From assembly GCA_002269645.1 (NCBI GenBank), contig NIVC01004673.1, forward strand, positions 1-38,475: 38,475 bases of DNA, given 5' to 3'. The DNA comes from Macrostomum lignano. Its lineage: Eukaryota. Position 1 is the stretch's first letter, and every line of letters begins with the position of its first letter. Shown here piece by piece: positions 1-11,305 of the stretch. The translations under genes and the position numbers were made by a program. The notes under the pieces were generated by a model. That model was not told where the DNA came from. It saw only the letters and a list, made by a program, of their open reading frames with translations, and did no database searches.

Positions 1-163
1 AATGAGGCTTCAGCTTCAGCTACTCAGTTAGTTGTAGTAAATTTGGAAACTGCAGTCACAAAAAGCTTCAGAGAGAGGCCTGAAAATTGTCCCAATGCCC
101 AAAGTTGTTCATCGAATCTCTTGTACCATCGCCCAACCCCACCCATGCCGTCAGCATGCCCAG

Positions 164-365
164 GAGTTTGTGGTGGACGTGTCGCAGCCGTTTTACTACC
201 GCTGGCTGGCCGTGCTGTCCGTGGCCGCCTGCTACAACCTGATATTCATTGTGATGAGGTCGGCGTCACACAGATTCAGGAGGAGTACCCGATATGGCCC
301 TGGTTCCTGCTAGACTATGCGGCGGATGCTGTGTACGCTGTGACGTGTTTATCGTTCTAGGAAAG
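164..365 (+). CDS. CNGA: Cyclic nucleotide-gated channel alpha subunit, first in-window exon (S1-S2); gene is 5'-partial. Model: 164-365, 958-1581, 1926-2170, 3248-3837
   Basis: cag|GAG acceptor at 163. Reads EFVVDVSQPFYYRWLAVLSVAACYNLIFIVMRSA..QIQEEYPIWPWFLLDYAADAVYAV(D)VFI(R)SRK, matching CNGA YYRWL...WLVLDY..D. Donor AAAG|gtacat at 366. Needs single-base restorations near 266, 342 and 353. Confidence 0.9.
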
Positions 366-420
366 GTACATGATGTACTCCGCTCATGGGGGAATTGCTG
401 AGTTGTCAAGACTCACCTTT

Positions 421-925
421 TGAAATCTGAAATCCCAAATTCAATCTGAAATCCCAAATTCAATAAAAAATCCCAAATTCAATCTGAAATCCCAAATTCA
501 ATCTGAAATCCCAAATTCAATCTGAAATCCCAAATGCAATCTGAAATCCCACATTCAATCAGAAATCCCAAATTCAATCTGAAATCCCAAATTCAATCTG
601 AAATCCCAAATTCAATCTGAAATCCCAAATGCAATCTGAAATCCCAAATTCAATCTGAAATCCCAAATTCAATCTGAAATCCCACATTCAATCAGAAATC
701 CCAAATCAGTCTGAAATCCCACATTCAATCAGAAATCCAAATTCAATCTGAAATCCCAAATTCAATCTGAAATCCCAAATCAGTCTGAAATCCCAAATTC
801 AATCTGAAATCCCAAATTCAATCTGAAATCCCAAATGCAATCTGAAATTCCAAATGCAATTTGAAATCCCAAATGCAATCTGAAATCCCAAATGCAATCT
901 GAAATCCCAAATGCAATTTGAAATG
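421..925. repeat. 19-bp minisatellite (AATCTGAAATCCCAAATTC)n filling CNG intron
   Basis: About 26 tandem copies read directly; TTC/TGC variants. Confidence 0.95.
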
Positions 926-957
926 AATAAAAATTTCCCAAACATTTATCATCCCAG

Positions 958-1581
958 GCTTCCTCGAGCAGGGCCTGCTGGTCAGAGACCTGCCCCGCCT
1001 CCGCCAGGTGTACATGCAGTCAGCTGGGTTCAAGCTACTTGGCCTGTCTGTTCCCACCGATGTACTTTACTTCGTGCCCCAGATCGGCATCGTTGGCACC
1101 TACGTCAGAATCAACCGGCTGATAAAATGCCTCAGACTGCAGGAGTTCATCGATAGAACGGAGACTCGAACCAATTATCCCAACCTGTTCCGGATCAGCA
1201 ACCTCATCCTGATCCTGCTGGTGGTGGTGCACTGGAACGGTTGCATCTACTTCTCCATCTGCCTGGTGCTGGGCCTGGGCCGGGACTCGTGGACGTACCC
1301 GCCAAGACCCGACAACCTCATCGCCCTGGCGAACACCGAGCCGTACAACTACACAAGCATATGGGACAACCTGTCTAGAAAGTACATCTACTCATTTTTC
1401 TGGTCCACTATGATTTTAACAACTATTGGCGATGTGCCAAGGCCGGTGACAGATTCACGCCTTCATGACCGTGGACTTTCTAGTTGGTGTGCTCATCTTC
1501 GCAGTGGTGGTTGGAAATGTTGGTTCAATGATCACCAATATGAATGCGGCGAGGACCGAGTTCCAGATGCGGATGGATGGG
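958..1581 (+). CDS. CNGA: CNG alpha subunit exon (S3-S5, pore, S6, start of C-linker)
   Basis: cccag|GC acceptor completes [11 protein letters not shown]. Contains [38 protein letters not shown], pore [19 protein letters not shown] and, after a frameshift near 1455, [40 protein letters not shown]. Donor GGG|gtgaga at 1582. Confidence 0.95.
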
Positions 1582-1609
1582 GTGAGATCGGAGGCTGAGG
1601 GTGGATTAT

Positions 1610-1885
1610 AAGCTGCCAAATGGTAGATTACAATGTAGATTAGTAGTGGATTAAATGTAGAATATTGGTACATTACAATGTAGAACAATGGTAGAGCACA
1701 TTGCAGAATACTGGTAGATTACATTGGATAAGAATGGTAGACTACAATGCAGAATAATGTTAAATAACAATAGCCGATTGCATTTTAGAATAATGGTAGA
1801 TTACATCATAGAAAAATGGAAGTTTACATTGTAGAATAACAGTAGATTAAAGTGTAGAACACTGGTAGATTACAGTTGTTGGCAA
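1610..1885. repeat. Degenerate ~28-bp tandem repeat (GGTAGATTACAATGTAGAATAAT-like) in CNG intron
   Basis: Recurrent gtagattaca..gtagaata motifs through the intron 1582-1925. Confidence 0.7.
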
Positions 1886-1925
1886 GATACAGTAACTACA
1901 CACGCAAATCCGCGTGCTCTCCCAG

Positions 1926-2170
1926 GTAAAACGCTACATGGAGTTTCGTAAGGTAGGTCGCGAGCTCGAACGCCGCGTAATCCGCTGGTTCGACTACCTG
2001 TGGACCAACAAGCAATCGCTGGACGAAAAAGAATTCTGGGCACCTTGCCAGACAAACTCAAGGCTGAGATCGCCATCCACGTGCACTTTGACACGCTGAA
2101 GAGGGTGGCGATCTTCCAGGATTGTGAGCCAGGCCTGCTGGTTGAGCTGGTGCTCAAACTCAAGCTGCAG
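1926..2170 (+). CDS. CNGA: CNG alpha subunit exon (C-linker)
   Basis: cccag|GTA acceptor. [29 protein letters not shown], then (1-nt shift near 2031) [45 protein letters not shown]. Donor cag|gtgagg. Confidence 0.95.
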
Positions 2171-2739
2171 GTGAGGCATTTTTGGCATTCAGCTCTACGG
2201 GACTGTAGTTTAACAAAAAAATTGAAGGCAGCGTCGAAAATCCAAATATTAGCTCAACTTTGGTAATGGGATAGTAAAGGACTCACAGAAGTCCTTGTTA
2301 AAGTTCAGGATGTACTATGCAGTTAAAGTATTTAAAGGTCGAACATCGTATTTTTGCCAAGGACCACCGCTATGTAGTATAATCAGGACTCAAAATTTTA
2401 GGCCAATTTCCTGGGAAAAATCATTTGTGTCATCACAAAATCAATCACTACATTTGATCTCGGGCGGTGAAGATTTACCATTCCTTTAATTCAGAATGCA
2501 AAGCACAGGCTACTGTTGTATTTTGCATAGCTATATGTAATGAAAATTTGATATTTAATTATTTCATTTTCTAAGCCAAAAGCTACCTGCAATACTCACT
2601 ATTGGGGCATTAGCTGAACTTTTTGGTTTGGTCGTCTTGAATGCAAATATATTTCATTTTTATTAAAAAAAATTGTTTTTTTTTAAAGCATGCAGGTTCT
2701 CTCCAGCCATTATTGTAGGTATGTACTCCCATTTCAATG

Positions 2740-3015
2740 TCTATTAATACCTATACATACAAGTACATACCTTCTATACTACATATTGTATGTACGCTCA
2801 AGTATCTGAAGGCTGCGCACGGCTGTTCAGTCCAAGGACTGGGGGGTCGCCACACACAGCCTCAATTACCCCAGCTAATGCTGGCACCCATTTTACAGCT
2901 GGGTGAACTGAAGCAATGCAGAGTTAATGTCTTGCTCAAGGAAATAAATTGTTCCAGTGGGACCGGGAATCGAACCCTCGACCTTTCAAGTCGTGAGTCC
3001 GACGGTAGCTAAATT
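2740..3015 (-). mobile_element. tRNA-derived SINE with CORE-like domain in CNG intron
   Basis: Minus strand has B box GGTTCGATTCC (2966-2976) followed by CCTTGAGCAAGACATTAACTCTGCATTGCTTCAGTTCACCCAGCTGTAAAATGGG (2941 down to 2887). This resembles the MIR/CORE consensus CCTTGGGCAAG..CTTAAC..CTCAGT..C..CTGTAAAATGGG. Boundaries approximate. Confidence 0.7.
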
Positions 3016-3247
3016 TTGCTATATAAAATACAACAGAGCATTAAAAGTAAAACAATGGAAATGTTCACTGCCCAGATCAAATACAATCATGTTGATCATT
3101 TGAAGAAAGAAAAGAATTTTTTCCTATATGTGTATTATTTACAGGAAATTGCTGGCCTCAAATAAATAAAAATCTTTTTGTGGCCTGCGCAGTGTGATTT
3201 ACATGTAATGCACTCATTCAACCAGCTCGACGACTCAATTACGGCAG

Positions 3248-3837
3248 GTGTACTCACCCGGAGACTACATCTGCCGTAAGGGCGACATCGGCAAGGAGAT
3301 GTACATAGTGAAACGCGGCAAGCTCAGCGTGGTCTCACCAGACGGCAAAACCGTTTTCGTCACCCTGGGCGAGGGCAGCGTGTTCGGCGAGGTGTCCATC
3401 CTGAACATCCCGGCAACAAGACGGGCAATCGGCGCACCGCAAACGTGCGCAGCGACGGCTACTCGGACCTGTTCTGCCTGAGCAAGAACGACCTGTGGGA
3501 GGCGCTGACCGAGTACCCCGACGCCAAGGTCAAACTGCTGGAGAAAGGACAGCAGGTTCTGCGCAAAGACAACCTCATCGACGAGGAGGCGCTGGCCAAG
3601 GCGCTGCAAGATCGCGAGTCGACCGAGCGTCGAGTCGAGCGGCTGAACGCCGAGCTCGGCGTGCTGCAGACTCGGTTCGCCAGGATGCTGGCCGAGTTCG
3701 GCTCGACGCAGAGCAAACTGAGGCGGCGCCTGGTCGCACTGGAGGCTTCCTCGGCTGGCGGCCTGCGGGCCGATGCGGCAGGAGACGAGGCCAGCGATGA
3801 GGCTACGGATGCTGGGGCTGCTGGACCAGCTGACTGA
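3248..3837 (+). CDS. CNGA: CNG alpha subunit terminal exon (cyclic-nucleotide-binding domain + C-terminal leucine zipper)
   Basis: ggcag|GTG acceptor. [36 protein letters not shown](G)[24 protein letters not shown], with a 1-nt shift near 3411. CLZ-like [25 protein letters not shown]. Stop TGA at 3835-3837. Confidence 0.95.
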
Positions 3838-3904
3838 TGAAGGAGCTGTATGTACACGGATACACGATGGATCGTGTCATTTTGCAGGTATTAAAATGCG
3901 CGTG

Positions 3905-4020
3905 GATGCTGGGTGACACACTAACGGCCCCTGGTTCGATTCCTGCGCGGCCACATTCAAAATTGTCCGGAAGGGGGTTGTCTGCGATTCACAGCATAAA
4001 ATCTTGCATTTCTGCATCTT
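3905..4020 (+). mobile_element. Possible second tRNA-headed SINE fragment downstream of the CNG stop
   Basis: Perfect B box GGTTCGATTCC at 3933-3943; no cloverleaf and no recognisable body. Confidence 0.3.
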
Positions 4021-4802
4021 TCTTCACTCGTCCATCGAATGAAGACCCATTGGAATTCAATTGGATCAAATCCAGTTCTGAATGCCTTATATCAGATTTG
4101 GAAAATCTTGGGGAACAATTCCTAGTTATCAGCACTCTTTGTCCTTCGCGGGACATTCTGTGACATGCTCAGGGGTCAACGGAATGTCGCTGATGATGTT
4201 ACGGCAGGGTGCCCACAACCAACGGAATCTACGATAAAAGCAGCTAACCTTTAACTATATTATTAATTACATTTTTAATAACCAAATTTGAATTTCCAGA
4301 GTCCAACCCTGCTGCATCAAACTGACTGACAGGCAGGCGGGCATTCAAAAGCAATATCAGACGCGAAACAACTTCTAACCTGTAATGTACATGCCGATAC
4401 AAATTGTAACTTGAACAAACTTTTTTCTAACACTTTTGATTGTTTTCAATGCAAGCACTGAATGTTTTAGAATGTACTCGTAGTTTCGAAAATATTTTAT
4501 TACACACTAATCCAGTCTTGTCTCGTTGTGCTAAACGCGCACTCAGTTGCCGCCATCAATATATAATATTCCTTTATTAACAGAAAAACCCGCTATTCAC
4601 TACTGCCTGTCTCATTGTTAACAGTAGTAATCATAATGCGATATTGTTATGTTTTTCTGCAACAAGTAAAAACATAAAATTGCAGCACAATTTTTCTGGA
4701 CCAGATCAACACGTTTTCACGATTTTCATGCTGATTTTTGAAAGTTTTTACTCTAATTTAAACGTATAGAAGATAACACTGGGCCCGGGTCGGTAGACTT
4801 GG

Positions 4803-5160
4803 ATGAGAGCGGAGAGAGAGGAGATGAAAGGAGAGAAAATATGAGAGGAGAGAAGTGAGGAGAGGACAGAAGAGGGAAGAGATGAGACGAGAGGAGAGAA
4901 GACGAGGAAGAGATGAGAGAGGAGCAAAGGGGGAGAGATGAGACGAGAGGAGAGAGGAGAGATGAGAAGAGAGGAGAGGAGAGGGGAGAGATGAGAAGAG
5001 AGGAGAGGAGAGGAGAGGGGAGAGATGAGACGAGAGGAGAGAAGAGGAAGAGAAGAGAGGAGAGATGAGAGGAGAGAAGAGGGGATATATGAGAGGACAG
5101 GAGAGAAGAAAGAGAGGAGAGCTGAGAAGAGACAGAAGCCGGAGGCCGAGGAGACAGAGG
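4803..5160. repeat. Purine-rich low-complexity (GAGAG/GAGGA) tract
   Basis: Almost pure G/A on the plus strand. Confidence 0.95.
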
Positions 5161-5473
5161 CCGGATTGCTATTGTGAAGTTTCAAAGGACCCAGAGGGCC
5201 GGAGTTTGCCACTGCACAAACAAAATCAAAAAGCGAGTGGAGAATTACTACGGTTTCATAATAATATTTAGCAAAGCACCGGTTTAAAAAGTTTTTTATC
5301 ATAAAAGTTTTATTTCTGCAACAAAGAATTGATTGAATTTATCAAATCAAATGAATTACACATAATTTTGTGTTATACATGATAAAATTGGATATACGTG
5401 AATAAAAGATAAGGTTTAAAAAGATAAGGCGAAATATGGATTAAACAGTAATAGCTGCCATGAAAACAGCCTA

Positions 5474-6855
5474 GGGAATTGCTAATCAGATGCCAAAGGA
5501 AAATTGCTAATCAGATGTCAAAGGGGAATTGCTAATCAGGTGCAAAAATGGGAATTGCTAATCAGATGTCAAAGGGGAATTGCTAATCAGATGTCAAAGG
5601 GGAATTGCTATCAGATGTCAAAGGGGAATTGCTAATCAGGTGCAAAAATGGGAATTGCTAATCAGATGTCAAAGGGGAATCGCTAATCAGATGTCAAAGG
5701 GGAATTGCTAATCAGATGTCAAAGGGGAATCGCTAATCAGATGTCAAAGGGGAATCGCTAATCAGATGTCAAAGGGAATTGCTAATCAGATGTCAAAGGG
5801 GAATCGCTAATCAGATGTCAAAGGGGAATCGCTAATCAGATGTCAAAGGGGAATGCTAATCAGATGTCAAAGGGAATTGCTAATCAGATGTCAAAGGGAA
5901 TTGCTAATCAGATGTCAAAGGGGAATTGCTAATCAGATGTCAAAGGGGAATCGCTAATCAGATGTCAAAGGGGAATTGCTAATCAGATGTCAAAGGGGAA
6001 TCGCTAATCAGATGTCAAAGGGGAATTGCTAATCAGATGTCAAAGGGGAATCGCTAATCAGATGTCAAACGGGAATTGCTAATCAGATGTCAAAGGGGAA
6101 TTGCTAATCAGATGTCAAAGGGGAATTGCTATTCAGATGTCAAAGGGGAATTGCTATTCAGATGCCAAAGGGGAATTGCTAATCAGATGTCAAAGGGGAA
6201 TTGCTAATCAGATGTCAAAGGGGAATTGCTAATCAGATGTCAAAGGGGAATTGCTAATCAGATGCCGAAGGGGAATTGCTAATCAGATGCCGAAGGGGAA
6301 TTGCTAATCAGATGCCGAAGGGGAATTGCTAATCAGATGCCGAAGGGGAATTGCTAATCAGATGCCGAAGGGGAATTGCTAATCAGATGCCGAAGGGGAA
6401 TTGCTAATCAGGTGCAAAAATGGGAATTGCTAATCAGATGTCAAAGGGGAATCGCTAATCAGATGTCAAAGGGGAATCGCTAATCAGATGTCAAAGGGGA
6501 ATCGCTAATCAGATGCCGAAGGGAATTGCTAATCAGGTGCAAAATGGGAATTGCTAATCAGATGTCAAAGGGGAATCGCTAATCAGATGTCAAAGGGGAA
6601 TTGCTAATCAGATGCCAATGCTCACGGGGAATTGCTAATCAGATGCCAATGCTCACGGGGAATTGCTAATCAGATGCCAATGCTCATGGGGAATTGCTAA
6701 TCAGATGCCAATGCTCACGGGGAATTGCTAATCAGATGCCAATGCTCACGGGGAATTGCTAATCAGATGCCAATGCTCACGGGGAATTGCTAATCAGATG
6801 CCAATGCTCACGGGGAATTGCTAAACAGATGCCAATGCTCACGGGGAATTGCTAA
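5474..6855. repeat. 25-bp minisatellite (GCTAATCAGATGTCAAAGGGGAATT)n, switching to a 31-bp variant after ~6600
   Basis: About 50 copies; last ~8 units are GCTAATCAGATGCCAATGCTCACGGGGAATT. Confidence 0.95.
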
Positions 6856-7096
6856 ATGTTGTTTATTTGCTTGAAGCTTGAAGCAACCTTTCTGTTGGCT
6901 AATAAATGAGTAACAAAAAGGCCTGCACAATGAAGTTATTACTGTTAATCTCGACCAGACCAGAATAAAGATGGGCTACATATTTATATATAAAATACTG
7001 GTACATTCTTACACAAAACATAAACAATGCACAATTAAGGAAGGCCAAGAAACCTTGGAAGAGTTCCCGATCAGGTCAGCAAATGCCGGAACCTAC

Positions 7097-7746
7097 CAGG
7101 CAGACTTCTGATCATCTTCTTGGAGGCGACATTCAGCAGATACCATTTAAAAGACACGCAGCCCAGAGTCCGCTGCAGCTCCAGCCGGGAGGTCAAGTCG
7201 CCAGGGTCCACACCAACAGCCCTGGGCTCCTGATAGAAGAACACCTCGCGAAACGGGCCCAGCCACACGTTGGCCAACCGAACAGAATTGAACAGCCAGC
7301 TGTCCCGGCCAGAGAACTCGCCGTACGGTCGGCGGCTCCTGAACACGTGGCCAACCGAGAGCAGGGACAGGCGTACACGGTGCGCCGCACTGCCAATAGC
7401 GAAACGACATCTCCAGATTCTCGCCGCCCCAGGTCTCCATGAGGTTGTCGTAGGCGCCGAACGCGTGGAAGGTGCTGGCCCGGACGGCGAGAAGACCACC
7501 GGACATCACGGGCGAGTGGAACGGCTCGTCCAAGGGCACGCTGGCCGGCAGGGGGTCCCAGGCGAACCGCAGGTTCCACGTGAAACCGCCGACAACGTGG
7601 GGCGTAGCCGAATATTCGAACGTCTTCTCGTCGATAACGTCTACTAGGGGAAGAGCGACCGATTTTGGCCGGATGCTGAGGTGATGAAGCAGAGGCTGCA
7701 GCCAGCCGACATTCACTTCGATGTGACTGTCTAGGAAGATGAGCAC
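7097..7746 (-). CDS. GALNT11: Polypeptide GalNAc-transferase (GALNT11/pgant35A-like), exon 3, catalytic domain. Model: 11960(or 11828)-11358, 8251-8136, 7746-7097
   Basis: ccgcag|GTG acceptor. VLIFLDSHIEVNVGWLQPLL (DxH motif), GGFTWNLRFAWD, PVMSGGL, METWGGENLEMSFRYWQCG, then after two 1-nt shifts near 7370-7390 GHVFRSRRPYG..NSVRLANVWL..LGCVSFKWYL. These blocks match human GALNT11 closely from memory. Candidate donor CCTG|gtaggt at 7096. Confidence 0.9.
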
Positions 7747-7767
7747 CTGCGGTTTGAGATTGAAGCT

Positions 7768-8050
7768 GTGGGGATTAGGGGTATGGGATTGATCGAGTGT
7801 GGGGATCGATCATGTGGGAATTTGGGGTATGGGGATTCAGGCTGTGGGAATTAGGGTATAGGGATTGAGGGTGTGGGAATTAGGGTATGGGGACTAAGGG
7901 TGTGGGAATTAGGGTATGGGATTGATGTGGTAATTAGGGCATGGGGATTAGAAGTATGGGGATGGAGGGTGTGGGAATTAAGGTATGGAGATTGATGATA
8001 TGGGAACTGAGGGTGGGGGAATTAGGGGTATGGGGATTGAGGATGTGGGG
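7768..8050. repeat. G-rich degenerate ~28-bp repeat (GGGAATTAGGGTATGGGATTGAGGGTGT) in GALNT intron
   Basis: Repeated GGG runs and TTAGGG words within intron 7747-8135. Confidence 0.85.
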
Positions 8051-8135
8051 ACCTATATTCCACAAGCTAAATAGATATTCAATCAAAATGCACCAAATTC
8101 AAACTGATTGTAAACCCTGACAGCCAGCCACTCAC

Positions 8136-8251
8136 CCGCCCTGTGGCCAGTTTGGCCGCATAATTTCTCGCCCTGATGAGGCCCAGCTTCATTGGCGCAA
8201 TTTCGTAGCGAATTTTCGACGATATAAAATTCACATCAAAGCTGCTGATGC
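8136..8251 (-). CDS. GALNT11: GALNT11-like exon 2 (absent from the ORF track)
   Basis: ttccag|GC acceptor, 116 nt, reads (G)ISSFDVNFISSKIRYEIAPMKLGLIRARNYAAKLATGR. Donor CGG|gtgag. Phases fit both neighbouring exons; GLIRAR...ATG is the GALNT motif. Confidence 0.9.
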
Positions 8252-8374
8252 CTGGAAAATCATTGAATCGGGTTTTTTTGTCTTCAATTTACATAGAACA
8301 CTCGATAGGTGCAAAAAGTATTGCTAAAACAGAATCATCTAGATAATGATCCCAGATTAGACAAGATTCGAGAA

Positions 8375-11305
8375 TTTCCTTCAGATCAAAGACAAGAGCC
8401 TTCCAGTTATCCAAAATCCTCAGGTCAAGGGCAAGAGCCTTCCAGTTATTCAAAATCCTTCAGATCAAAGGCAAGAGCCTTCCAGTTATCCAAAATCCTT
8501 CAGATCAAAGGCAAGAGCCTTCCAGTTATCCAAAATCCTTCAGATCAAAGGCAAGAGCCTTCCAGTTATCCAAAATCCTTAGGTCAAGGGCAAGAGCCTT
8601 CCAGTTATTCAAAATCCTTCAGATCAAAGGCAAGAGCCTTCCAGTTATTCAAAATCCTTCAGATCAAAGGCAAGAGCCTTCCAGTTATCCAAAATCCTTC
8701 AGATCAAAGGCAAGAGCCTTCCAGTTGTTCAAAATCCTTCAGATCAAAGGCAAGAGCCTTCCAGTTATCCAAAATCCTTCAGATCAAAAGACAAGAGCCT
8801 TCCAGTTGTTCAAAATCCTTCAGATCAAAGACTAGAGCCTTCCAGTTATCAAAATCCTTCAGATCAAAGACAAGAGCCTTCCAGTTGTTTCAAAATCCTT
8901 CAGATCAAAGACAAGAGCCTTCCAGTTATCCAAAATCCTTCAGATCAAAGGCAAGAGCCTTCCAGTTATCAAAATCCTTCAGATCAAAGGCAAGAGCCTT
9001 CCAGTTGTTCAAAATCCTTCAGATCAAAGACAAGAGCCTTCCAGTTATCCAAAATCCTTCAGATCAAAGGCAAGAGCCTTCCAGTTGTTCAAAATCCTTC
9101 AGATCAAAGACAAGAGCCTTCCAGTTGTTCAAAATCCTTCAGATCAAAGACAAGAGCCTTCCAGTTATCCAAAATCCTTCAGATCAAAGGCAAGAGCCTT
9201 CCAGTTGTTCAAAATCCTTCAGATCAAAGGCAAGAGCCTTCCAGTTATCCAAAATCCTTCAGATCAAAGACAAGAGCCTTCCAGTTGTTCAAAATCCTTC
9301 AGATCAAAGACAAGAGCCTTCCAGTTATCCAAAATCCTTCAGATCAAAGACTAGAACCTTTCAGTTATCCAAAATCGTTCAGATCAAAGATAAGAGCCTT
9401 CCAGTTGTTCAAAATCCTTCAGATCAAAGACAAGAGCCTTCCAGTTATCCAAAATCCTTCAGATCAAAGACAAGAGCCTTCCAGTTGTTCAAAATCCTTC
9501 AGATCAAAGACAAGAGCCTTCCAGTTATCCAAAATCCTTCAGATCAAAGGCAAGAGCCTTCCAGTTATCCAAAATCCTTCAGATCAAAGACAAGAGCCTT
9601 CCAGTTGTTCAAAATCCTTCAGATCAAAGACAAGAGCCTTCCAGTTATCCAAAATCCTTCAGATCAAAGCAAGAGCCTTCCAGTTATCCAAAATCCTTCA
9701 GATCAAAGACAAGAGCCTTCCAGTTGTTCAAAATCCTTCAGATCAAAGACAAGAGCCTTCCAGTTATCCAAAATCCTTCAGATCAAAGGCAAGAGCCTTC
9801 CAGTTGTTCAAAATCCTTCAGATCAAAGGCAAGAGCCTTCCAGTTATCCAAAATCCTTCAGATCAAAGACAAGAGCCTTCCAGTTGTTCAAAATCCTTCA
9901 GATCAAAGACTAGAGCCTTCCAGTTATCCAAAATCCTTCAGATCAAAGACAAGAGCCTTCAGTTGTTCAAAATCCTTCAGATCAAAGACAAGAGCCTTCC
10001 AGTTATCCAAAATCCTTCAGATCAAAGGCAAGAGCCTTCCAGTTATCCAAAATCCTTCAGATCAAAGACAAGAGCCTTCCAGTTGTTCAAAATCCTTCAG
10101 ATCAAAGACAAGAGCCTTCCAGTTATCCAAAATCCTTCAGATCAAAGGCAAGAGCCTTCCAGTTATCCAAAATCCTTCAGATCAAAGACAAGAGCCTTCC
10201 AGTTGTTCAAAATCCTTCAGATCAAAGACAAGAGCCTTCCAGTTATCCAAAATCCTTCAGATCAAAGGCAAGAGCCTTCCAGTTGTTCAAAATCCTTCAG
10301 ATCAAAGCAAGAGCCTTCCAGTTATCCAAAATCCTTCAGATCAAAGACAAGAGCCTTCCAGTTGTTCAAAATCCTTCAGATCAAAGACAAGAGCCTTCCA
10401 GTTATCCAAAATCCTTCAGATCAAAGACTAGAACCTTTCAGTTATCCAAAATCGTTCAGATCAAAGATAAGAGCCTTCCAGTTATCCAAAATCGTTCAGA
10501 TCAAAGACAAGAGCCTTCCAGTTATCCAAAATCCTTCAGATCAAAGACAAGAGCCTTCCAGTTGTTCAAAATCCTTCAGATCAAAGACAAGAGCCTTCCA
10601 GTTATCCAAAATCCTTCAGATCAAAGGCAAGAGCCTTCCAGTTATCCAAATCCTTCAGATCAAAGACAAGAGCCTTCCAGTTGTTCAAAATCCTTCAGAT
10701 CAAAGACAAGAGCCTTCCAGTTGTTCAAAATCCTTCAGATCAAAGACAAGAGCCTTCCAGTTATCCAAAATCCTTCAGATCAAAGACTAGAACCTTCCAG
10801 TTATCCAAAATCCTTCAGATCAAAGACAAGAGCCTTCCAGTTGTTCAAAATCCTTCAGATCAAAGACAAGAGCCTTCCAGTTATCCAAAATCCTTCAGAT
10901 CAAAGACTAGAGCCTTTCAGTTATCCAAAATCGTTCAGATCAAAGATAAGAGCCTTCCAGTTATCCAAAATCGTTCAGATCAAAGACAAGAGCCTTCCAG
11001 TTATCCAAAATCCTTCAGATCAAAGACAAGAGCCTTCCAGTTATCCAAAATCCTTCAGATCAAAGGCAAGAGCCTTCCAGTTATCCAAAATCGTTCAGAT
11101 CAAAGGCAAGAGCCTTCCAGTTGTTCAAAATCGTTCAGATCAAAGACAAGAGCCTTCCAGTTATCCAAAATCCTTCAGATCAAAGACTAGAGCCTTTCAG
11201 TTATCCAAAATCGTTCAGATCAAAGATAAGAGCCTTCCAGTTATCCAAAATCGTTCAGATCAAAGACTAGAGCCTTCCAGTTATCCAAAATCCTTCAGAT
11301 CAAAT
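8375..11305. repeat. 40-bp minisatellite (AGAGCCTTCCAGTTATCCAAAATCCTTCAGATCAAAGACA)n, ~73 copies, in GALNT intron 1
   Basis: Read directly; explains the six repetitive ORFs at 8309-11329. Confidence 0.97.

Noticed and set aside
164-3480. Programmed frameshifting or insertional RNA editing to repair the CNG frames
   Set aside because: No slippery-site pattern, and the same lesion type occurs in unrelated genes and between the foldback arms; sequencing error is far simpler.
2960-3945. tRNA genes at the two GGTTCGATTCC boxes
   Set aside because: No acceptor stem or full cloverleaf; better explained as SINE heads.
4748-5302. 184-aa Ser/Leu-rich ORF
   Set aside because: Mostly the CT microsatellite; only ~25 codons near 5140-5212 might be a GALNT exon.
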